A stretch of 64,000 bases of DNA from an uncultured Myxococcales bacterium (GTDB taxonomy: Bacteria; Desulfobacterota; Binatia; UBA1149; CAITLU01). Location of the stretch: NCBI GenBank assembly GCA_964476185.1, contig CAYYZO010000006.1, forward strand, positions 16,529-80,528. The letters are read 5' to 3'. Below are positions 9,159 to 16,270 of this stretch, in pieces (the stretch's first letter is position 1; every line of letters begins with the position of its first letter). Below the pieces are notes generated by a model. That model saw only the letters and a list, made by a program, of their open reading frames with translations, searched no databases and was not told the DNA's origin. The position numbers and the translations under genes are program-made.

Positions 9159-9929
9159 TCACGACGAAAGCGACGGCGCGACGGCCGCCCTGCGCGACGG
9201 CCGCGCCCACTGCGAGGCAAGGGCGTGGGCTCGGGCGAGGTCCTCGGGGACGTCGATCTCCGCGTAGCCGAGTCCGTCCACCGGCACCGTGCGGACGAGC
9301 CCGCGCAACGCCAGCCGCTCGACTGCCGAGAGGTACCAGCGTCGTTCGGCGCCGGGTTCGCGCGAGACCTCGCGCAGCGCCTCGGCGAACAGGGTCGGAC
9401 CTTCGTCGCGCCAGATCGAGACGCCGATGGCTTCGCCGGAGACGCCATCGGTGGGCAGGTGCTTGCCGATGTGGTCGAGCCACCCGAGGCCGCTCGCCAC
9501 CTTCATGTCGTCCTCGTCGTAGGCCGGCTTGGCGGTCACCGCCACGCCGGCGATCACGCCACGCGCGGCGCAGAGCCACGCGAGGAGGGCCGGGTCGACG
9601 AGCGTGTCGCCGTTCAGGAGGAGGAAGTCCTCGTTCATCTCGGACGCGGCAGCGAGGCAGCTCACGAGGTTGTCGGCGCGCTCGAAGTCGGGGTTGAACA
9701 ACGTGCGCGTCCGAAGCCGTCCGGGCGCGCGGAGCGCGAGGTGCCGCACGACGCCCGCGGCGCCGAACCCCGTGACGACGACGGCCTCGGTGACGCCGCA
9801 CGCCTCGAGGGCGTCGAGCTGCCAGTCGAGCACGCTGCGGCCCGCGATCCGCAACAGGCACTTCGGGCGGTCGAGCGTGAACGGGAGCAACCTCTTCCCG
9901 CGCCCGGCACTGAGCACGATGGCTTTCAT
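9159..9929 (-). CDS. LicC/IPCT-family CTP:phospho-alcohol cytidylyltransferase (nucleotidyltransferase)
   Basis: MKAIVLSAGRGKRLLPFTLDRPKCLL is the G-x-G-x-R nucleotide loop. ...LFNPDFERADNLVS...LNGDTLVD...GVSIWRDEG...YAEIDVPEDLARA matches LicC (FNDKYADYNNFYSL / GVSFWD / IYEIDSVQDY). ATG 9929 overlaps the upstream stop (ATGA). Confidence 0.8.
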   Translation of the reverse strand: MKAIVLSAGRGKRLLPFTLDRPKCLLRIAGRSVLDWQLDALEACGVTEAVVVTGFGAAGVVRHLALRAPGRLRTRTLFNPDFERADNLVSCLAAASEMNEDFLLLNGDTLVDPALLAWLCAARGVIAGVAVTAKPAYDEDDMKVASGLGWLDHIGKHLPTDGVSGEAIGVSIWRDEGPTLFAEALREVSREPGAERRWYLSAVERLALRGLVRTVPVDGLGYAEIDVPEDLARAHALASQWARPSRRAAVAPSLSS

Positions 9930-11149
9930 GTCTGTCCCCTCGCTTCTTCCAGTGTCCCGAGCACCGGAGCAGGTCGTGCGGCGAACGGTCGGGCATGGAC
10001 CGGCAGGTGGCGAGCATCGCACGGCAGCGCGGCCAGCCACGGTTCGAGTCGATGTCGGCGAAAGCGCAGCCAGCCGGCTTGCGACACGCGCAGGACGAGA
10101 AGCACGGAGCAGGCCGCGGTCCATGCCGCGACGGCGACGAGGCCGTGATCGGGCCGGCCGGCGATCGCGAACGCGCTCAGCAGCAGCAGGTTCGGGTTCC
10201 GGCGCGCCAGGACGAGGCGGAAGTAGGAGTCGGCCGGGCGCCATGCGAACAGGGAGAATCCCGCCAGGAGTCCTTCGAAGCACCCCTCGGCGAGCCGGCC
10301 CGCCACGTAGCCGGCGAGGATGACGGAGAACGCGGGCGCGGGATCGAAGCCTTCGATCACTCCGGCGGCGCCCCAGCCCCAGGCGAGATACCACAGCGGC
10401 GGGTGCAGCAGGTCGAGCACGTGATCGAACAGGTGCCCGAGCCGTGACGACGTGACGGTGACGCGCGCGAGCTTGCCGTCGACGGTGTCCAGGAACGTCA
10501 TCGCCCACGCCATCGCGAGGCCACCGGCGAAGTCGCCGACCGCGAAACGCCAGGTCGCGGCGATCGCCAGAACCCAACTCGCCGTCGTGACGGTGTTCGG
10601 CGACAGACCCAGCCGCGCGCAGATGCCGGTGACCAGCCGGGCCGGGGCGGGCCAGACCCATTTCGTGACGAGATCGGTCACCCCTTTGTACGCGCCGTCG
10701 AACAGGTAGCGGGCCAGCGTCCGGGCCTGGTCGCGCCGGATCGGGATGGCGGCGGCGGCCGAAGCCTTGAGCATGGGCCCGGTCCAGGCGTTGGAGAGGG
10801 ACGCCGGCGTTTCGAGATGGATCCGGCCGAGCGATTGGAGAAGTGCCCGACCTTCGATGACCTCGCGCGCCGTGGCCGCGGCCTCGCAGGACACGTGCGC
10901 GGCGACGGGAACGGAGTACGCTTGCGCGCCCGTGGCAAGCAGCACGCTCCCCGGTCGCGCGAGCATCGACCGGAGCAGGCGGTCGTCGAACAACCAGTCG
11001 CCGCGGACGAGGAGCGTGCTGGCGGCCTCGCCGTCGGCCGCGCCGACGACGGCTCCCGCCGCGCGCAACTGACGCTCGAGGCGGGTGGCGCCGTCGAGTC
11101 CCCACAGTCGCACGGTGGAATTGCCCACGATCGTGGCGTTCGTCTTCAC
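9926..11149 (-). CDS. CDP-alcohol phosphatidyltransferase with about 130-aa cytoplasmic N-terminal extension
   Basis: The family motif D-x2-DG-x2-AR...G-x3-D-x3-D is present as FLDTVDGKLARVTVTSSRLGHLFDHVLDLL, within at least 5 predicted TM helices. GTG 11149 (VKTNATIVGNST...) overlaps the gpmA stop as GTGA. An alternative internal start MLKASAAAAIP would remove the extension. Confidence 0.7.
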   Translation of the reverse strand: MKTNATIVGNSTVRLWGLDGATRLERQLRAAGAVVGAADGEAASTLLVRGDWLFDDRLLRSMLARPGSVLLATGAQAYSVPVAAHVSCEAAATAREVIEGRALLQSLGRIHLETPASLSNAWTGPMLKASAAAAIPIRRDQARTLARYLFDGAYKGVTDLVTKWVWPAPARLVTGICARLGLSPNTVTTASWVLAIAATWRFAVGDFAGGLAMAWAMTFLDTVDGKLARVTVTSSRLGHLFDHVLDLLHPPLWYLAWGWGAAGVIEGFDPAPAFSVILAGYVAGRLAEGCFEGLLAGFSLFAWRPADSYFRLVLARRNPNLLLLSAFAIAGRPDHGLVAVAAWTAACSVLLVLRVSQAGWLRFRRHRLEPWLAALPCDARHLPVHARPFAARPAPVLGTLEEARGQT

Positions 11150-11913
11150 GGGCGTCCTTCGGCTCGGGGGCGGGCCTCGGTCAACGGGGTCGTCGGCCGG
11201 AGCCTCGCATCGTCGCGGTCGAACCGGAGGATGCGGGGGCGCCCGCGGCCGAACCCGAGAAACGGCGGCTCCTCTTCGAGCAGCCAGAGCAGCACCTGCA
11301 GCAGGTTCCTGTGCGACACCACGAGCACGTGGCGGCCGTCGGCCAGTTCCGGGACGATGTGCTCGCGCCAGCACGGCAGAACGCGCATGGCGACGTCGCG
11401 CAGGCTCTCGGCGTGGGGCAGCAGGTGCCGGTCGATGCCCGCATACCGTGCATCGCGGTGGGGAGAGCGCGGATCGGATTCCGACAGCGACGGCGGACGC
11501 TCGCGGGCGCGGCGACGACAGCGCAGCACGCGACGCGGGCCGTAGCGCATCGCCGCTGCCCACGGGGTGAGTCCCTGCAGTGCACCGTAGTGGCGTTCGT
11601 TCAGTCGCCAGCAAGGGCGGATCGGTACGCCGGGTTGTCCGCGCGCGGCCAGCGCGATCTCCGCGGTGTCGATCGTGCGGCCGAGCATCGACGTGAAGCA
11701 GACGTCGACGGGCGGGACGTCCCCGCGCAGCGCCCGCCCGGCGTCGGCGGCTTCGAGCCGGCCGCGCGCGCTCAGTCCGATGTCTTCCCAGCCCGTGAAG
11801 CGAAGAGAACGGTTCCAGCGACTCTGGCCGTGTCGCAGGAGCGTAAGGACGGCCGGCGGAGCGACGGTCCGCGATTCCGACGGGATCGTGGGGAGGACAG
11901 GGAGTGCGCGCAC
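11146..11913 (-). CDS. gpmA: 2,3-bisphosphoglycerate-dependent phosphoglycerate mutase
   Basis: LTLLRHGQSRWNRSLRFTGWEDIGLSARG, WRLNERHYGALQGL, DPRSPHRDARYA and VVSHRNLLQVL are near-identical to E. coli GpmA blocks (LVRHGESQWN..., WKLNERHYGALQGL, AAHGNSLRAL). GTG start at 11913; the true start may be a few codons downstream. Confidence 0.85.
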   Translation of the reverse strand: MRALPVLPTIPSESRTVAPPAVLTLLRHGQSRWNRSLRFTGWEDIGLSARGRLEAADAGRALRGDVPPVDVCFTSMLGRTIDTAEIALAARGQPGVPIRPCWRLNERHYGALQGLTPWAAAMRYGPRRVLRCRRRARERPPSLSESDPRSPHRDARYAGIDRHLLPHAESLRDVAMRVLPCWREHIVPELADGRHVLVVSHRNLLQVLLWLLEEEPPFLGFGRGRPRILRFDRDDARLRPTTPLTEARPRAEGRP

Positions 11914-12198
11914 TACGCTCTCCGCTCAGGACCCCGCGCGTCGCGTGAACGACCCGCCGTCCTGACGTCTCCGCCTTCGCCGCGGAACCCCGTGCAACCA
12001 CCGCACCATCGCGGGAGATGCTAGGCCGCCGCCGCGCGAGCGCCCATGACGGATGTCATGGTGACGCTCCGCGTCGTGGCGCGCAAACCGGCGGCACGGC
12101 GGGATGTAGCGCACCTGTCAGCGCTGATTAGCGATCCTGTGCTCCTGCGCGGCGGCGACGGCCCGTGCGTGCCGCGCGCCCGGCCCCGGCCGGTCGTC

Positions 12199-13815
12199 TC
12201 AGGGGCATCCGCCGACTCCCGGCGTGTACGTCGTCTGGGGATCGCTCGCGCAGTACAGCGTGACGGCGGATTGCAGCTGGAGCCGGCCCGGGCCGGGCAG
12301 GCCGACGACGGTGTTGACCGAGGCCGAAGAGGTCGGCGGCGAGCAGAACGTTCCGCCGACGTACGGCACGTAGGGGTTGGGCATGCCCTGGGTCACGATC
12401 GGATCCAGGAAACAATCGCGTCGCTCCACCAGCGTGCAGGTCCCCGCGTCGATCCCCAGCGTCGCCGGCTCGCAGTCGACGTTGCTCCCGCATCCGATCA
12501 GTCCGGTGCCTTCGGCGCGCAGTACCATGTCGCAGTACAGGTCGTCGGGACCGACGGCGCACAAGCCTTCCTCGCCGCCGACGTCGTCGCACTGGCCGGT
12601 GTCGCACGCGTTCGGCAGTGTCAGCGAGCCGCTGCCGTTGCTCGCACAGGCGCCGGCGGACAGGGCCTCGCACTCGGCGTGGCTGTTGCATGCGATCGTC
12701 GGATCGCCCGTGCAGAGCCGGCACGGGCACAACAGGTCACTGCCGGGGCCGTCGGTCGCGCACGGAACGTTCGCATGGAGTTCGTCCCGGCCGGTCGCCA
12801 GGCGCGTCTCGATGCGCAGGCCGGGGCCCGTGATGTTCGCACCGGCGAGCGGGTAGCAATCGAGGCTGTAGAGCGCGCCGGTCGGCGGCACGAACGTCGC
12901 GTTGTACGCCTGCGCGTCGCAGGTCTGTCCGGCGTTGGCGCCGCCGACGCAGGTCCCTCCGCGCTGCCCGTCGGCCGGCGTCGGGTCGTCAACGCAGAGT
13001 GGGCAGGGCTGCAGCAGGGAGATGCCGAGGTAGATCTTCTCTGCGAGATGAAGGTTGATGAACCCCGAACCCTCGTCGACGTTCACGTCGCCGTCGGGCT
13101 GGGAGGCCAGCGTGTTCAGCACGCAGACGGGCGTGTTGCCGGAAGACAGCGGCAGGGGCGGCCCGAAGTGGCAGATGCACTCGGCGCCGCCGCAGAACTG
13201 CTCGTCGGGCCCGGCGACCGTGAAGCACGGCTGGCGGTTGTCGTTCTCGCACCGGCAGTTCCCGAGCGAGGGGTCGTGGCCGGTCACCTCGCATTGTCCG
13301 CACGGAGCCGGCCCTTCGCAGCCGAGGAACACGCGCGCCGGAACCGGGTCGTCGGTGTCGTAGTCGTGCGAGAGGCCGGTCCATCCGACGTCGGCCTCGG
13401 TCCCGGTGCGGCAGCGTCCGAGGGTCGTGTCGCACACGGAAAAGGGCGCGCAGTCGGAGTTCGAGGCGCAGGCGCCACGGATCTTGGAGAACAATGCGAA
13501 CTGGGCGACGGACGGGCACCCGCTGTCGTCCGGCTCGCAGGCAGGGCAGTCGAGGGTGACGTCGAGGCCGACGGCGAGGCGGAGAACGGTCAGTGCGTCG
13601 GTGCTGGTCGTCTCGCCGGAATCGTTCACGTCGCAGACGCAGAGGTCGCACGACTCCAGATCGACGGACGTACGCAGCACGAAGAGTGCATCGGAGGCGT
13701 CGGCCGGATCGTGGAGCGGCATGCCGCAGTCGCCCACGTCGGCGCCGGCGCGGCCAGCGACGGCGAACAGCAGGAGCGAGGCGAGCAAGAGCTTCATCCG
13801 CTTCTCGAGACCCAT
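12199..13815 (-). CDS. secreted cysteine-rich protein with N-terminal two-repeat dockerin-like (EF-hand-like Ca-binding) segment; function unknown
   Basis: Signal peptide MGLEKRMKLLLASLLLFAVAGRAGA with a GGAGG RBS 7 nt upstream of ATG 13815. Dockerin-like repeats HDPADASDALFVLRTSVDLES and CDVNDSGETTSTDALTVLRLAVGLD span about 13561-13713. The remainder has about 50 Cys in a CxxC/CxC-rich module ending ...TLYCASDPQTTYTPGVGGCP. It is a paralog of 26883-29291. Confidence 0.7.
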   Translation of the reverse strand: MGLEKRMKLLLASLLLFAVAGRAGADVGDCGMPLHDPADASDALFVLRTSVDLESCDLCVCDVNDSGETTSTDALTVLRLAVGLDVTLDCPACEPDDSGCPSVAQFALFSKIRGACASNSDCAPFSVCDTTLGRCRTGTEADVGWTGLSHDYDTDDPVPARVFLGCEGPAPCGQCEVTGHDPSLGNCRCENDNRQPCFTVAGPDEQFCGGAECICHFGPPLPLSSGNTPVCVLNTLASQPDGDVNVDEGSGFINLHLAEKIYLGISLLQPCPLCVDDPTPADGQRGGTCVGGANAGQTCDAQAYNATFVPPTGALYSLDCYPLAGANITGPGLRIETRLATGRDELHANVPCATDGPGSDLLCPCRLCTGDPTIACNSHAECEALSAGACASNGSGSLTLPNACDTGQCDDVGGEEGLCAVGPDDLYCDMVLRAEGTGLIGCGSNVDCEPATLGIDAGTCTLVERRDCFLDPIVTQGMPNPYVPYVGGTFCSPPTSSASVNTVVGLPGPGRLQLQSAVTLYCASDPQTTYTPGVGGCP

Positions 13816-14083
13816 TCCGGCACCTCCGTGTGTGGTTGTTTGCCAGCAACAGTGTGACGTCCTCGATCGGGTATTGGCAACGGAGAACACGGAGAAAGCC
13901 GGTACGCAGTGTCCGGCAGTAAGTGGATAGTCTCACTTGGCGTCAGGTCGTACGGGGTCGACGGTGGCGGAAGGACGCTGGCTCGCCCGATCGAGCGTCG
14001 AGCGCGCAGGACGCGTGAGGGCGTGGCCTCTCGCGCTTGCGCGGCGTGGATCTACCCGCCGCGCTTCGATGCGCAGCGTCCGG

Positions 14084-15670
14084 TCAGAACCCGTGCGCCG
14101 CGAGCGCTGTCGAGATGCGATCGCGCACGGAAGGGTCGGGGAAGGGGAACGACGCGAGAAAGTCGACGAGACCCAACGTGGGAGCGCGCCGGCGCACTTC
14201 GGCGGCCCATGCGTCGGCGCGTCGGGAGTCGCCTCGCATTGAGTGCGCCGCGACCGCGATCATGGCGATCATCACGTGGGCACCAGGCGAGCGGGCGGCG
14301 AGCTCCGCCCAGGTGGCGCCGTCGTCATGCTGCGAGCGAACGATGTGGGAGAGCGCACGGGTCGCGGTCATCGCGTAGTGCAGGGGATCGAGCGGGCTCA
14401 GCGCCATGGCGGCGTCGGCGTCCCGCTGCCCCTCGCGGCCCCGGCCGGACAGCGTGTGCGTCCAGGCACGCGCGTAGACGCCCTGCGCGTAGTTCGGGCA
14501 CAGCGCGACCGAACGTTCGATCCAGATCAGCGCCGAGTCGAGGTCGCGCTCGAGCCAATGGGCCCGACCCATCGAGAAGTTCGCGAACGGGTCGAGGGAG
14601 TCGAGCTCCACCGCGCGCTCCGCCGCGCTGCGTGCGAGCGCGGCCGAAGCGGCGTCGTGCGGCACGAAGTGCAGGAACGCATTCTGGAAATGCACGAAGG
14701 AGCGACCCGCGTGGGCGCGGGCGAAGGAGGGGTCGAGGTCGATCGCCCGGTCGAAGCATTCTCCGGCAAACGCGTTGTCGCTGCGGTTGAAGCGGAACAT
14801 GTGGTGGCGGCCGAGGTGGTAAGCAGTCCACGCATCGAGATGCCCGGGGCTCGCTTTGGCTACGGTGGCCTCGTGCTCCGGGATACGCAGTTCCAGCGCG
14901 GAGACGACGCTGGATGCGATCCGTGCCGGCGTCTCCTGCACGTCGTCGAGCGAGATGCCGTACCGCTCGGCCCAGAGTACGTTGGCGTCGTGCGTTTGCG
15001 TGAGTCGTACCGAGACGACGAGTCGACGACCGCTCGTCTCGACGCTGCCGGTCACCACGTAGCGGACGCCGAGCAGGCGCCCGACATCCGCCGGATCGAC
15101 GGCGTCCGGCCGCAGCCGAAACGACGACCCGCGTGCGACGACGAACAGCCAGCGCAGTCGCGCGAGCTCGGTGATCAACTCGTCGGCCAGCGCCTCGGCC
15201 ACGGCGCCGTCCGGGGTCGGGTCGCCGACCCGCCCGAGCGCGAGCACCGCGATCGAAGGCCGTCCCGACTGCGCCGGCGCCTCGGCGTCTCGCGGTTCGT
15301 CGCCGCCTCGCGCGACCCGGGGCACCGCGCGTACGTCGGCCACGAAGCGGAACCCGCGCCCGTGCACGGTCCGGATCAGCCGCTGCGAGCGGCCGTCGTC
15401 GCCGATCGCGCGGCGGGCCGACTTGACGCGGCTGGAGATCGCGGCGTCCGAAACGACGCGGCCGTCCCAGACCTTCTCGACGATCTCGTCGCGCGAGACG
15501 AGTCGGTCGGCGTTCTCGACGAGCAGGAGAAGCAGCGCGAAGACCTGCGGCTCGACAGGGACGGGGCTGTCTTCCCGGCGCAGCTCGGCCCGCGCCGGGT
15601 CCAGCTCGAAGGTTTCGAAGCGGTGGATCACGGGCGGGACGATACCCGGAACCGCGCGGCCCGTCTCCAC
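14084..15670 (-). CDS. CadC/OmpR-type winged-helix transcriptional regulator with TolB-like and TPR C-terminal domains
   Basis: FELDPARAELRREDSPVPVEPQVFALLLLLVENADRLVSRDEIVEKVWDGRVVSDAAISSRVKSARRAIGD is a trans_reg_C DNA-binding domain. Downstream is a TolB-N-like region (IAVLALGRVGDPT...VRYVVTGSVE) and TPR-like helices. GTG start at 15670. Confidence 0.75.
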   Translation of the reverse strand: METGRAVPGIVPPVIHRFETFELDPARAELRREDSPVPVEPQVFALLLLLVENADRLVSRDEIVEKVWDGRVVSDAAISSRVKSARRAIGDDGRSQRLIRTVHGRGFRFVADVRAVPRVARGGDEPRDAEAPAQSGRPSIAVLALGRVGDPTPDGAVAEALADELITELARLRWLFVVARGSSFRLRPDAVDPADVGRLLGVRYVVTGSVETSGRRLVVSVRLTQTHDANVLWAERYGISLDDVQETPARIASSVVSALELRIPEHEATVAKASPGHLDAWTAYHLGRHHMFRFNRSDNAFAGECFDRAIDLDPSFARAHAGRSFVHFQNAFLHFVPHDAASAALARSAAERAVELDSLDPFANFSMGRAHWLERDLDSALIWIERSVALCPNYAQGVYARAWTHTLSGRGREGQRDADAAMALSPLDPLHYAMTATRALSHIVRSQHDDGATWAELAARSPGAHVMIAMIAVAAHSMRGDSRRADAWAAEVRRRAPTLGLVDFLASFPFPDPSVRDRISTALAAHGF

Positions 15671-15772
15671 GTCGTCTCCACGAGATCTTCAAGCCTTCCG
15701 GTCGGGCTGCGGTTACACAGGGAGCACGGCCGCCGGAATCGGTCCGGGGGCTGAAGCCGAGGAGAAGATCCC

Positions 15773-15997
15773 ATGCCGATGGTGACGATCGACGTGATCA
15801 AGGACGTGTTCAGCCCGGAGCAGAAGCAGGCCCTGATGGAACGGGTGACCGAAGCGGTGGTCAGCGTGGAGGGGGAGAACCTGCGCCCCGTGACCTGGGT
15901 GCGCGTGCAGGAGTTCGAACAGGGGGACTGGGCGATCGGGGGCCGCCGCCTGCTCGCGGCCGACGTCCACGCCATGAAGGCCGGCAAGGCAGCCTGA
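15773..15997 (+). CDS. tautomerase family protein (4-oxalocrotonate tautomerase-like, Pro1)
   Basis: [34 protein letters not shown] is the canonical N-terminal Pro beta-alpha-beta fold. The product is 74 aa. Confidence 0.7.
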   Translation: MPMVTIDVIKDVFSPEQKQALMERVTEAVVSVEGENLRPVTWVRVQEFEQGDWAIGGRRLLAADVHAMKAGKAA

Positions 15998-16001
15998 ACG
16001 T

Positions 16002-16039
16002 CGCCAGGCCGGCCGCCCGCTGGAGCGGCCGGCCTGGCG
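16002..16039. terminator. perfect 15-bp GC-rich inverted repeat (bidirectional terminator-like hairpin) between convergent genes
   Basis: CGCCAGGCCGGCCGC - 8 nt loop - GCGGCCGGCCTGGCG lies between the tautomerase stop (15997) and the ferredoxin stop (16042). No U-tract is present. Confidence 0.45.
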
Positions 16040-16041
16040 AA

Positions 16042-16236
16042 TCAGTCTTCCGCGATCGAGATGGCCTGCCGCGGGCAGAGCCGCACGGCCTCCTTCAGCT
16101 TGTCGCGCATCGACTCGGGAGGGTTCTCGACGAGGACGTTCAGGCTGTCCTGGTCGTCCACCTGGAACACTTCGGGCAGGATGCGCATGCAGACCGCGTT
16201 GGCTTCGCACAGATCGTAGTCGACGACGACTTTCAT
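16042..16236 (-). CDS. 3Fe-4S/4Fe-4S single-cluster ferredoxin (P450 redox partner type)
   Basis: MKVVVDYDLCEANAVCMRILPEVFQVDDQD...RLCPRQAISI has the CxxxxxC...CP spacing of FdxD/Fdx-type ferredoxins. It lies immediately downstream of the P450. Confidence 0.8.
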   Translation of the reverse strand: MKVVVDYDLCEANAVCMRILPEVFQVDDQDSLNVLVENPPESMRDKLKEAVRLCPRQAISIAED

Positions 16237-16270
16237 GATTCCCGGACCTTAGCGGTTGCGGAAGTCGCAG

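Noticed and set aside
11146-11913. Initially read the PGM-family gene as a generic histidine phosphatase (GpgP-like) for a phospho-sugar intermediate of the downstream operon.
   Set aside because: Block-by-block identity with E. coli GpmA (LVRHGESQWN, WKLNERHYGALQGL, DPRYA, HGNSLRAL equivalents) marks it as a genuine glycolytic dPGM ortholog. The phosphatase hypothesis is kept only as a remote possibility.
15662-15682. 11-nt tandem direct repeat CGTCTCCACG x2 at the regulator start codon.
   Set aside because: It has only two copies, is very short and overlaps a coding start. It is most likely chance or a slipped duplication. It is not a CRISPR or satellite array.
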